From Candidatus Kaiserbacteria bacterium CG10_big_fil_rev_8_21_14_0_10_47_16 (lineage in GTDB: Bacteria; Patescibacteriota; Minisyncoccia; Phycocordibacterales; UBA918), in the NCBI GenBank assembly GCA_002773395.1, contig PFBI01000006.1:156657-220656 (forward strand): a DNA stretch of 64,000 nucleotides, given 5' to 3'. This document shows, in pieces, positions 38,965 through 47,223 of the stretch (its first letter is position 1; each line of letters starts with the position of its first letter). The notes beneath the pieces are model-generated. The model had not been told where the DNA came from. It made no database searches and saw nothing but the letters and a program-made list of their open reading frames with translations. Position numbers and translations under genes: made by a program.

Positions 38965-39999
38965 TTACGGTAAGTGTCTCGCTTTGTTTCGCTTATGCTC
39001 TGCGAAAGTCTCCGCATAATAGAAGACGCCGTCGGGTGCAGTCAGATAGAAGAAGTCCTTTGATTCAATTGGATCAAGTACCGCCTCAATGGAGTCGAGT
39101 CCCGGGTTTGAAATTGCTGTCGGTGGCAACCCTTTATACAGATAGGTGTTGTATGGAGAATCAAATGCAAGGTCTGCTTTTGTGAGTTCTGAACTCGCCT
39201 TCCCAAAGAGATAGTAGAACGATGCATCAACCTGCAGTGCCATGCCCATATTGAGACGGTTGAGTATGATGCCGGCAATGCGTCGTTTCGACTCCACTGT
39301 AGATCCCTCACGCTCAATGATGGACGCAATGATAATCACTTCGTCTTCGGTAAGTCCTGAGGCTGCCATAGCCGGACGGAGTGGCCCCACTTTGTTTTCG
39401 TAGGTTCTGAGCATCAACTGAATAAAGTCTTCTTCGGTGTAGTCGCGTGGAATGTAGTACGTATCAGGAAAGAGATATCCAATATGTTCATCAAAGGGTT
39501 CCGCTGAGAGTCGTGGGGCTTCGTCATACAAGAACGTGTCTTGAAGTATTTTCACAATCTGTGCACCAACAAGTCCTTCTGGAATAAGAACTCTCGTCGG
39601 CGGAACAACATATGTACCTGACGTGATCGCAGACGCAATTTCACCGACAGAGAGTGCCTTATCGAAACGGTATTCTCCTGCCTGAATGTATTCATCCTTA
39701 TGAAAGATTGCGAGTATAAAGTTAAGAAGACCACTTGAACGAACAACGTGTGCTTCTTCCAAATGACGCACCGCGTCAGGTACCGACATACCTGTTTCAA
39801 GATTCACGATAACGTACCGCGGAAATTTCTGAGGCGGGAGCGACAAAAAAGCGACGAGCGCAAACACGCCAAAAATAAATACTGCTACGCCAAAGAGTAT
39901 GTGGTGCCGTGTGTATTTTCTCCTCCACAGTGCCTCAATAGGCATCGTAAGCGTGGCCCAGAGCGCACGGAGAGATTGGGTGATAGATTTTTGTTCCAT
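38965..39999 (-). CDS. mltG: endolytic murein transglycosylase (YceG family)
   Basis: N-terminal TM plus YceG-like domain (...LNRLNMGMALQVD...YNTYLYKGLPPTAISNPG). Start at M37 (ATG 39997-99), directly after the upstream gene's stop. Confidence 0.75.
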   Translation of the reverse strand: MEQKSITQSLRALWATLTMPIEALWRRKYTRHHILFGVAVFIFGVFALVAFLSLPPQKFPRYVIVNLETGMSVPDAVRHLEEAHVVRSSGLLNFILAIFHKDEYIQAGEYRFDKALSVGEIASAITSGTYVVPPTRVLIPEGLVGAQIVKILQDTFLYDEAPRLSAEPFDEHIGYLFPDTYYIPRDYTEEDFIQLMLRTYENKVGPLRPAMAASGLTEDEVIIIASIIEREGSTVESKRRIAGIILNRLNMGMALQVDASFYYLFGKASSELTKADLAFDSPYNTYLYKGLPPTAISNPGLDSIEAVLDPIESKDFFYLTAPDGVFYYAETFAEHKRNKARHLP

Positions 40000-40000
40000 A

Positions 40001-41389
40001 CTAAGATGCAATTGGAAGATTCGGTGGTGCTTCGCTTCGTGTTGACGGAATACGACCGACAGTCGGTGTGGTAACGACCTTGCCTGGAATATGGAATATT
40101 GTCGCAAGCTCCTCTGTCGTCATTATTTTCTTTCCATCCTTCGCTCCTCGCTGGGAGTATGACCGAAGTTTATACTCACGAAGCTCATCCTTCTTCCACG
40201 CCTGCTTCTTGCGACCACTCGGATCTTGCCACCAGTTCCAGTCATAGTCAGTGCGCCACCGCACGCCAAGCGCGTTGCGATTAATGTCGTCATATCCACG
40301 CCACGAAGTAATGAGCGAACCAATACGCTCCCCTGGCGTATACGCTTCGTTGGTCGCAATGTACATACCTCGAATAGCCACGTTAAACGCGTTCTTACCA
40401 AGACTTCGCTCCACTGCCTTAATAGTGTCTTTTTCGGTATCGGTAAGCTGCTGCATCACATTGCCTCCCGCATTTTCACCTGCACGCTTCTGAGCATCTG
40501 CAATCATCTTTTGAATAAAGGCATTCGCGGCAGGCTTCCAGTCTGATTGCTTCGTAAGCGACCCTTCCTTGAAACCGACATCTCGGTTTGCATCGATGAG
40601 AATCTGCGCCCAAAAATATTCGCCAGGACCAATCGCAGCAAACGGCTCGAGCATAGTGGTGATTGGATCAATTTTTTCTTCTTCCTTCGGCATAGTGTGC
40701 ATGCCGTATTCAATATATGTTTTGAGCGGCAATGCATCATCTTTCTTAAGATTGAAGTGGAGTGAGAAGTAGCTAAATCGACTCGGGTCCCACGGAATTT
40801 CTGACGTGTAATCCACATCAAGTTCAATCATTTCAACACCCGGATACTGCGAATAGAAACCTGCCTCTGCAATATTCTTAAATTTCTTCCGTGGGACATT
40901 AATATAGAAACGTACATCGCCACCTCGTGAAACAATTTCAAGACTGGTGACCGGAGGATGTTTTCCGTCCCAATACGTCTGGATATGGTTGTCCGGTGCA
41001 GCCGTTTGGTGGAGCTGATTGAGAATAAGCTCCATTACTTCTGGTGATTTAAATACTTCCTGCGGAATACGAATTTCGAGCGTAACTCTCCCCTGCTTCA
41101 GGTCAAACTCTCGTCGCACAAATTCAAGCCAGTACTCATAAAAAAGACCGAATGTAATGACGGGAAGCCATACTGGTGACGTAATGAGTATGATCTTTAC
41201 GGTCGCACTCGAAGATACATCGAGTGTAAAAAAAGCTGCACCGATCGCAATAATACCCAGCACCACCAATATGATGCCGCCGTTTGCTCCGAGATCCTCT
41301 AGTTTACTGAGCATGTGTACACATTGTATCGTAAAATCCCCGTGGATGCGCAAAAACGTCGGGAATAACGACACCTGACCTTTGCGCAC
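40001..41389 (-). CDS. hypothetical membrane protein (N-terminal TM pair, about 380-aa soluble domain), unknown family
   Basis: 462 aa; no recognizable catalytic motif and no Walker A; stop lies 1 nt before the mltG start. Confidence 0.45.
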   Translation of the reverse strand: MRKGQVSLFPTFLRIHGDFTIQCVHMLSKLEDLGANGGIILVVLGIIAIGAAFFTLDVSSSATVKIILITSPVWLPVITFGLFYEYWLEFVRREFDLKQGRVTLEIRIPQEVFKSPEVMELILNQLHQTAAPDNHIQTYWDGKHPPVTSLEIVSRGGDVRFYINVPRKKFKNIAEAGFYSQYPGVEMIELDVDYTSEIPWDPSRFSYFSLHFNLKKDDALPLKTYIEYGMHTMPKEEEKIDPITTMLEPFAAIGPGEYFWAQILIDANRDVGFKEGSLTKQSDWKPAANAFIQKMIADAQKRAGENAGGNVMQQLTDTEKDTIKAVERSLGKNAFNVAIRGMYIATNEAYTPGERIGSLITSWRGYDDINRNALGVRWRTDYDWNWWQDPSGRKKQAWKKDELREYKLRSYSQRGAKDGKKIMTTEELATIFHIPGKVVTTPTVGRIPSTRSEAPPNLPIAS

Positions 41390-41432
41390 AACAAAAAACC
41401 AGCAGTGTGACTGCTGGTTTTTTGTTTATGTC

Positions 41433-42458
41433 TTACTCCAATACAATGTATGACCCGTCAGGGAGACGCTTGAACAGCGCTGGATCCTGTAGATTGACCA
41501 CAATCGTATTGTCCTTTACATATCGTTCTTTCCGAACCTTATCGATGATTTCTTCACGCGTCAGTGGACCGTGTTTCTGAAGAATATCCTGAAGCACATC
41601 CTTTACCACTCCTGCTGAGTATCCCCATTCTGTGAGCGCGTAGAGTCCGCGTCCAACAAGGACGAAGCGCTCATCTTTAATAAGTTCATTGTGCGTTGTC
41701 GCAGTATGCGCCTTCTTATCAAAGAGTTCGCCAATTGCTCCTGCAACTTCCTTAAAGTGCATTGGTGAACCGTGTCGCTTTACCGCGAGGTATGCATAAT
41801 CACGAATTCCCTTTGCACGCACATTTGGACTCTGGGCAGGTCCCCATTCACCGAGCGGATTGCATCCAATGTTCTTTGAAAGACGGAGCCAACGACGAAG
41901 CACTTCTTCTTTTCGGTATCGCTCTTCTACATCACCAAGTTCTTTTTGGAGACGTGCGATAATTTCATCTTCTGGCACAAGTTCATCTTCAGAGAGTGAA
42001 GAAAATACTTTTTCAAGTGCTCGTTCTACGGTATTAGAAACTTTCTGTTCGATATACCACCGATGATGGAATTCGTTGTTTTCTTTATTTCGGTAAAATG
42101 GACTACCGAGTACGAGAAGGAAATAGAGATGATTACGGGTTACTTCGTCTTTCGCAAGTTCTGAGAGGAGGTCTTCCTCAGAAACAACGGCACCGAGGCC
42201 ATCAATCGCAGCACGCATTTCATCAAACACCACCTGGAACTCATCGTAGGCTGGTGACTTCTGAATTGACTGGATAGCGTAGTTCTCAATCTGACGAACA
42301 CGCTCACGGGTGATCCCGTATGTCTGCCCAATTGATTCAAGGGTCTGCGCCTTTGTGTTCTTGCCGAGTCCGTAGCGCTTTTCAAGCACATCACGAGCAC
42401 GGTCAGGAAGCACTGCAAGCAGCTTCTTTGTGACCTGTTTTGGTGCAAATGTAACCAT
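41433..42458 (-). CDS. DNA-binding regulator: sigma-70 region-4-like HTH followed by two HARE-HTH domains
   Basis: LPDRARDVLEKRYGL...TLESIGQTYGITRERVRQIENYAIQSI (sigma region 4). Two HARE-HTH units (...HGSPMHFKEVAGAIGEL... and ...HGPLTREEIIDKV...). GGAGG RBS 14 nt upstream of the ATG at 42456-58. Confidence 0.55.
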   Translation of the reverse strand: MVTFAPKQVTKKLLAVLPDRARDVLEKRYGLGKNTKAQTLESIGQTYGITRERVRQIENYAIQSIQKSPAYDEFQVVFDEMRAAIDGLGAVVSEEDLLSELAKDEVTRNHLYFLLVLGSPFYRNKENNEFHHRWYIEQKVSNTVERALEKVFSSLSEDELVPEDEIIARLQKELGDVEERYRKEEVLRRWLRLSKNIGCNPLGEWGPAQSPNVRAKGIRDYAYLAVKRHGSPMHFKEVAGAIGELFDKKAHTATTHNELIKDERFVLVGRGLYALTEWGYSAGVVKDVLQDILQKHGPLTREEIIDKVRKERYVKDNTIVVNLQDPALFKRLPDGSYIVLE

Positions 42459-42590
42459 ATTTATTAATATTATTTCCTCCTGTAATACATCGATTTCCGA
42501 GAAAATCAACTATTGATAGATCTATTTTTATCACGCCTTTCAAGATAAGTCAAGGCATCCAGATACCTCCCTCCCCGTATGTAGCGGTAG

Positions 42591-42618
42591 TTGACAATGT
42601 ACCTATATATGCTATAAT
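42591..42618 (+). promoter_or_regulatory. strong sigma-70 promoter (TTGACA-N16-TATAAT with TG extension) giving a leaderless transcript for the 42628 gene
   Basis: -35 at 42591-96, -10 at 42613-18, ATG at 42628. Confidence 0.55.
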
Positions 42619-42627
42619 GCATTCAAT

Positions 42628-43371
42628 ATGACAGAAGAAGGAAAAGGGCGCCTTGTCACAGGGCTTACCATACTTGGCTTTATAGCGGTGCTGGCACTGT
42701 GTGTTTTTGCTGCAGTTAAGCTCGTTCAACTTACTCCTAACATCTTCTCTTCCCTTGCGAACGTAACCGTCGGTACACAGGATGAATCCGACAGTACAGT
42801 AGCTACTACCGACACCACTAACGGTCCCTCTACCGTTACTATTATTCGGAATCCTGCGACAAGTACGCCCCCAACAGTAACTCCTGCAACAAGCACGCCG
42901 CAGCAACGACCGCCAGTTACACCACCGACGACACCGCAGCAACCTCCTGTGACGCCACAGCCACAACCCGAAACCTATACATACAATTACACATATCTTC
43001 CAACGTCAGATCCAAACGGGTACACCGACCTCGTCGCGCGTGTATACGCAACAGGGTACGTGCGTAATCACACCTTCGTTGAAAGTCCGTACGTTGATAC
43101 GAATGATACCGCCGCGGTGCAGATATCAGTGAAAAATACGGGTACCAAAACATCTGACCGTTTCGATGTTGATATCACACTTCCAACCGGCGATGACTTC
43201 TCGCTTGATAACCAGGCAGGTATTCAGCCAAATGAAGAAGTGATCATCACCTTCTCGTTTGATCCACGAAGCCTCTCAGGTACCCGATCATTTGATGGAC
43301 GAGTCTCTGTATCGAACGATGTAAATGTTTCAAGCAACTCATTCTACGGAACCGTACAATTTCGAAACTAA
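42628..43371 (+). CDS. hypothetical secreted protein with Pro/Thr-rich linker
   Basis: Signal anchor, then TSTPPTVTPATSTPQQRPPVTPPTTPQQPPVTPQPQP, then about 130-aa beta-rich domain. Confidence 0.45.
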   Translation: MTEEGKGRLVTGLTILGFIAVLALCVFAAVKLVQLTPNIFSSLANVTVGTQDESDSTVATTDTTNGPSTVTIIRNPATSTPPTVTPATSTPQQRPPVTPPTTPQQPPVTPQPQPETYTYNYTYLPTSDPNGYTDLVARVYATGYVRNHTFVESPYVDTNDTAAVQISVKNTGTKTSDRFDVDITLPTGDDFSLDNQAGIQPNEEVIITFSFDPRSLSGTRSFDGRVSVSNDVNVSSNSFYGTVQFRN

Positions 43372-43376
43372 ATAAG

Positions 43377-43412
43377 AAAAGCCCCGCGGCAGAGCCGCGG
43401 GGCTTTTCTTAT
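43377..43412. terminator. bidirectional terminator (convergent with gyrB)
   Basis: aaaagccccgcggc-agag-ccgcggggctttt. Confidence 0.7.
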
Positions 43413-43424
43413 TTAAAAACAGTT

Positions 43425-45518
43425 CTAAACGTCGACGTTCGCAAGACGAGCATTGGACTGGATAAACGACTTCCGGTTTGATACGTCTGTCCCCATCAAG
43501 ATATCAAATACCTTATCTGCTTCCTGTGCATCTTCAACGTGAACCTGCTTAAGTAAGCGGTTTCCTGGATTCATAGTCGTTTCCCAAAGCTCATCGGGGT
43601 TCATTTCCCCCAGTCCCTTATATCGTTGGATACGAACACGCGACGCCTTCTTTGTTGACTCTACTTCTTCATCTTCCTCTGGAAGCGGTTCTGGTTCCTC
43701 ACCATCTTCACTCACGACCTCAACTTCAACAACCTCTTCCCCGAGACTCTTGAGTATCGCAACCTTCTCTTCATCGGTATATGCGTAGTGGGTTTCTTTA
43801 CCCTTTTGAATCTTATAGAGTGGCGGTTGCGCAATGTAGAGATACCCACCATCAATAATCGGACGGAAATATCGGAAAAAGAGTGTGAGGAGCAGCGTAC
43901 GAATGTGGGCTCCATCGACGTCCGCATCCGTTGCAATGATGATTTTGTGGTATCGAAGTTTTGTAATATCGAATACGTCACCAATAGCAGTGCCGAGCGC
44001 AACGACGAGATTCTTAATCTGTTCAGAGCCAAGCATGCGGTCAATACGTGCACGTTCAACGTTGAGAATTTTTCCACGGAGCGGAAGGATTGCCTGTGTA
44101 CGACGATCACGTCCCATCTTTGCAGAACCACCCGCAGAGTCTCCCTCTACAATGAAGAGCTCTGACTCTTCAGCACTCTTTGTCTGACAGTCTGCGAGCT
44201 TACCTGGCAGCGTCATTCCTTCGAGAACTCCCTTACGGAGTACCGAGTCTTTCGCTGCCTTCGCTGCCTTACGCGCCTTTACCGCAATAACCACCTTGTT
44301 GATGACTGCCTTTGCGTCATCAGGGTTCTCTTCGAGGAACATTGAAAATGCTTCACCAAAGACTGACTCCACCGCACTGCGCGCTTCTACAGAACCAAGC
44401 TTCGCTTTCGTTTGGCCTTCAAACTGAATCTCGGGCATCTTTACCGATACCACCACCGTGAGACCTTCGAGCACGTCGTCACCGGTAAATCCATCGTCTT
44501 TATCTTTAATCAGATTGTTCTTCTTTCCGTACGTATTGAGTGTTCGCGTGAGTGCCGTCTTGAATCCAGTGATATGAGTCCCGTGTTCACTGTTATAGAT
44601 ATTGTTTGCAAACGCAGAAATGCGTGCAGAAATATCGTCTACGTACTGAAGCGCTATTTCTACCGACTGTACGTCCGAATCATACGGCTCATCAATTGTT
44701 CCCTTTTCAACATAAAAAATATTCTTGTGTACCGGTTTCTGATAGTGGTTATTGAATGCCACGAGTGACTTCAGTCCTCCTTCAAAATAGAAGGTTTCAC
44801 TTGGCACCTCGTGTTTTTCATCCGCAAGATAAATAACATCTTCGAGTGACTCGGGGTCAAGCTTTGCATCAGATTCGCGTGCGTCGATTACAGAAAGGCG
44901 CATTCCTTTTACGAGATATGCTTGCTGCCGCAAGTGAGCAACGATTCGCTTCCATTCATATTTAATCTCTGTAAAGATAACAGGGTCAGCTTGGAACATG
45001 ACAATCGAACCATTGAATTTTGTGGCAGATAGTTTCTTCACTCGAGCCTTCGCCTTACCAATGTTGTACTCCTGCATGTGGTGCCCACCATCCTTGTGCA
45101 CATCAACGCGCATGTGCGTAGAGAGTGCATTTACTACAGAAGAGCCCACACCGTGAAGACCTCCTGATACTTTGTATCCTGTGTCCTCCCCACCGAACTT
45201 ACCTCCGGCATGGAGCGTTGTCATAATCGTCTCGAGTGCAGACACTTTTGTCTGCTTGTGAATATCAACAGGAATGCCGCGCCCGTTGTCGACGACACGA
45301 ATGTAGTTATCAGGGAGAAGTGCAACTTCTACTCGGTCAGCAAAACCACCCATCGCTTCATCGCGTGAGTTATCAAAGATCTCCCAAATAAGGTGATGGA
45401 GTCCATCGGGCCCTGTAGTACCGATGTACATACCCGGTCGCTTTCGCACTGGTTCGAGACCTTCTAGGATTTGGATTGATGAAGCACTGTACCCTCCTTT
45501 TTCAGATTTTTTTGCCAT
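43425..45518 (-). CDS. gyrB: DNA gyrase subunit B
   Basis: MAKKSEKGGYSASSIQILEGLEPVRKRPGMYIG..., GHKL ATPase, Toprim (EGDSAGGSAK). Confidence 0.95.
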   Translation of the reverse strand: MAKKSEKGGYSASSIQILEGLEPVRKRPGMYIGTTGPDGLHHLIWEIFDNSRDEAMGGFADRVEVALLPDNYIRVVDNGRGIPVDIHKQTKVSALETIMTTLHAGGKFGGEDTGYKVSGGLHGVGSSVVNALSTHMRVDVHKDGGHHMQEYNIGKAKARVKKLSATKFNGSIVMFQADPVIFTEIKYEWKRIVAHLRQQAYLVKGMRLSVIDARESDAKLDPESLEDVIYLADEKHEVPSETFYFEGGLKSLVAFNNHYQKPVHKNIFYVEKGTIDEPYDSDVQSVEIALQYVDDISARISAFANNIYNSEHGTHITGFKTALTRTLNTYGKKNNLIKDKDDGFTGDDVLEGLTVVVSVKMPEIQFEGQTKAKLGSVEARSAVESVFGEAFSMFLEENPDDAKAVINKVVIAVKARKAAKAAKDSVLRKGVLEGMTLPGKLADCQTKSAEESELFIVEGDSAGGSAKMGRDRRTQAILPLRGKILNVERARIDRMLGSEQIKNLVVALGTAIGDVFDITKLRYHKIIIATDADVDGAHIRTLLLTLFFRYFRPIIDGGYLYIAQPPLYKIQKGKETHYAYTDEEKVAILKSLGEEVVEVEVVSEDGEEPEPLPEEDEEVESTKKASRVRIQRYKGLGEMNPDELWETTMNPGNRLLKQVHVEDAQEADKVFDILMGTDVSNRKSFIQSNARLANVDV

Positions 45519-45596
45519 AGTATAAAAAATGAGCAAACTGCTCAGACCCTTAGATTATAGCAAATAATACATAAAAAGCATACCGAAAAATGATGA

Positions 45597-45635
45597 AAAA
45601 GCCCTGAAATTGCAAGGCAATTTCAGGGCTTTTTC
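45597..45635. terminator. bidirectional terminator (13-bp stem), ancestral rpoD terminator
   Basis: aaaaa-gccctgaaattgc-aag-gcaatttcagggc-ttttt. Confidence 0.65.
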
Positions 45636-45836
45636 TAGTACGATTTGAGCGTCGTCGAGCTTGGAGAAACAATGAGCTATGATAATAGCGATTATGTTTC
45701 TCCAGTCGTCGAGCCAAAAGAAATTAAGGAAATGCCAATGGCATTGACTATAATTTCTCTGTGCCAGACCTTTTGAATTTTTGACAAATTCCCTGTCAAA
45801 AATTCAAAAGCAAATCGTACCTTAGTACGATTTGAG
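45636..45836. repeat. ~173-bp insert at the extreme 3' end of rpoD, flanked by a 14-nt direct repeat (tagtacgatttgag at 45636-45649 and 45823-45836) that contains the rpoD K-S-Y-stop codons
   Basis: The interior has two copies of gtcgtcgagc, an inverted repeat ggagaaaca/tgtttctcc, and a perfect 17-bp palindrome cttttgaatttttgaca-aattccc-tgtcaaaaattcaaaag (45773-45813). Confidence 0.45.
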
Positions 45837-47168
45837 ACGTCTGGCCTTCTCGTGTTGCCGAATCTTCTCGAGGGCTTTTGCCTCAATCTGACGAATACGC
45901 TCTCGCGTTACACCGAACTCTTTCCCTACCTCTTCGAGTGTATGGTAAGTACCATCAATGAGTCCGTGACGCATTTCAAGAATCTTCCGCTCCTTCTCTG
46001 ACAATGTGTCGAGAATTTCCTGCATCTGATCCGCAAGAATACGGTGTGCAACTTCTTGGTCTGGAGAGATGATTTTGTCGTCTGAGATAAAGTCAGAGAG
46101 ACGTGAACGATCATCATCGTCAGCTCCCACCGGCAGCTCGAGTGAGATGGTATCCTGACTAATCTTTTCAATTTGGTAAATCTTTTCTACTTCAACGTTC
46201 ATTTCAGTTGCGATCTCTTCTGGCATTGGATCACGCCCAAGATCTTGTGCTAACCGTCGTGACACCTGCTTGTACTTCGCCATTGTTTCCACCATGTGCA
46301 CCGGAATACGAATCGTACGCGATTGGTCAGCGAGCGCTCGGGTAATTGCCTGACGAATCCACCATGTTGCATAGGTCGAGAACTTGAATCCCTTTTCATG
46401 ATCAAATTTATCAACAGCCTTAAAGAGACCGAGGTTCCCTTCCTGAATAAGGTCGAGGAGTGTTAAGTCGGGAGACCGACCAACATACTTCTTTGCAATC
46501 GAAACCACGAGACGGAGGTTTGCGCGCGCAAGCAAGTTGCGAGCCTCTTCATCCTCCTCAATAATACGCTTCGCAAGATCTCGCTCTTCCTGTGCTGAGA
46601 GGAGTGGGTACTGTCCAATTTCTCGGAGGTACATTTGAATAGAGTCGTGTCCGTTATCAGAACGTTTGTAGACGTTGCGCTTATCGTGCAACATGTCGCT
46701 CACGTCATCCCCAAGCATTCCTCCGCTTTCAAGAATATCAACACTTGCCGTCGCGAGACGTTCGTAGAGATCTTCAAGAAATGGTACGTCGCGCTCAATC
46801 TGTGGAAACGCTTTGAGAATTTCGTCGTATGTGACATATCCACGATCACGCCCTGCTTGCAGGAGCTGCTGCGCTTTACTTTCGTTTTCTTTTTCGAGCT
46901 TTGTGCGTTTCTTCGGCTTCGCAGGTACGACGCGCTTTGCCGCTTTCTTTGCAGTTTTCTTAGGTGCTGTCTTCTTTACTGGCTTCTTGGTAGCTTTCTT
47001 CACTACCTTCTGAGTCTTCTTTTTGGCTACTTTTTTAGTAGTTTTCTTCGTTGTTTTTTTGGCAGTTGTGTTTTTAGCTTTCTTTGAAGCCACTTTTTTT
47101 GTTGCCTTTTTTACGGTTTTTTTGACCGCTTTTTTTACTACTTTTTTTGTTGCCTTTTTGGCAGCCAT
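45822..47168 (-). CDS. rpoD: RNA polymerase sigma-70 factor with about 100-aa lysine/alanine-rich (AKK-repeat) N-terminal extension
   Basis: Regions 2-4 (...[18 protein letters not shown]..., ...[24 protein letters not shown]...). N-terminus [21 protein letters not shown].... Confidence 0.9.
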   Translation of the reverse strand: MAAKKATKKVVKKAVKKTVKKATKKVASKKAKNTTAKKTTKKTTKKVAKKKTQKVVKKATKKPVKKTAPKKTAKKAAKRVVPAKPKKRTKLEKENESKAQQLLQAGRDRGYVTYDEILKAFPQIERDVPFLEDLYERLATASVDILESGGMLGDDVSDMLHDKRNVYKRSDNGHDSIQMYLREIGQYPLLSAQEERDLAKRIIEEDEEARNLLARANLRLVVSIAKKYVGRSPDLTLLDLIQEGNLGLFKAVDKFDHEKGFKFSTYATWWIRQAITRALADQSRTIRIPVHMVETMAKYKQVSRRLAQDLGRDPMPEEIATEMNVEVEKIYQIEKISQDTISLELPVGADDDDRSRLSDFISDDKIISPDQEVAHRILADQMQEILDTLSEKERKILEMRHGLIDGTYHTLEEVGKEFGVTRERIRQIEAKALEKIRQHEKARRLKSY

Positions 47169-47223
47169 AGTGAAGCCCACTATACCTTACACCAGAGAAA
47201 AGTCCAGAGCCCCGAGGATTCTC

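Noticed and set aside
45692-45886. 64-aa minus-strand ORF overlapping the rpoD 3' end
   Set aside because: It overlaps rpoD in another frame and spans the palindrome-rich insert, with no coding signal.
46635-47087. 150-aa plus-strand ORF antisense to rpoD and 74-aa ORF 47023-47247
   Set aside because: These are shadow ORFs of the AKK-repeat region (they translate as F/L-rich repeats). rpoD is unambiguous.
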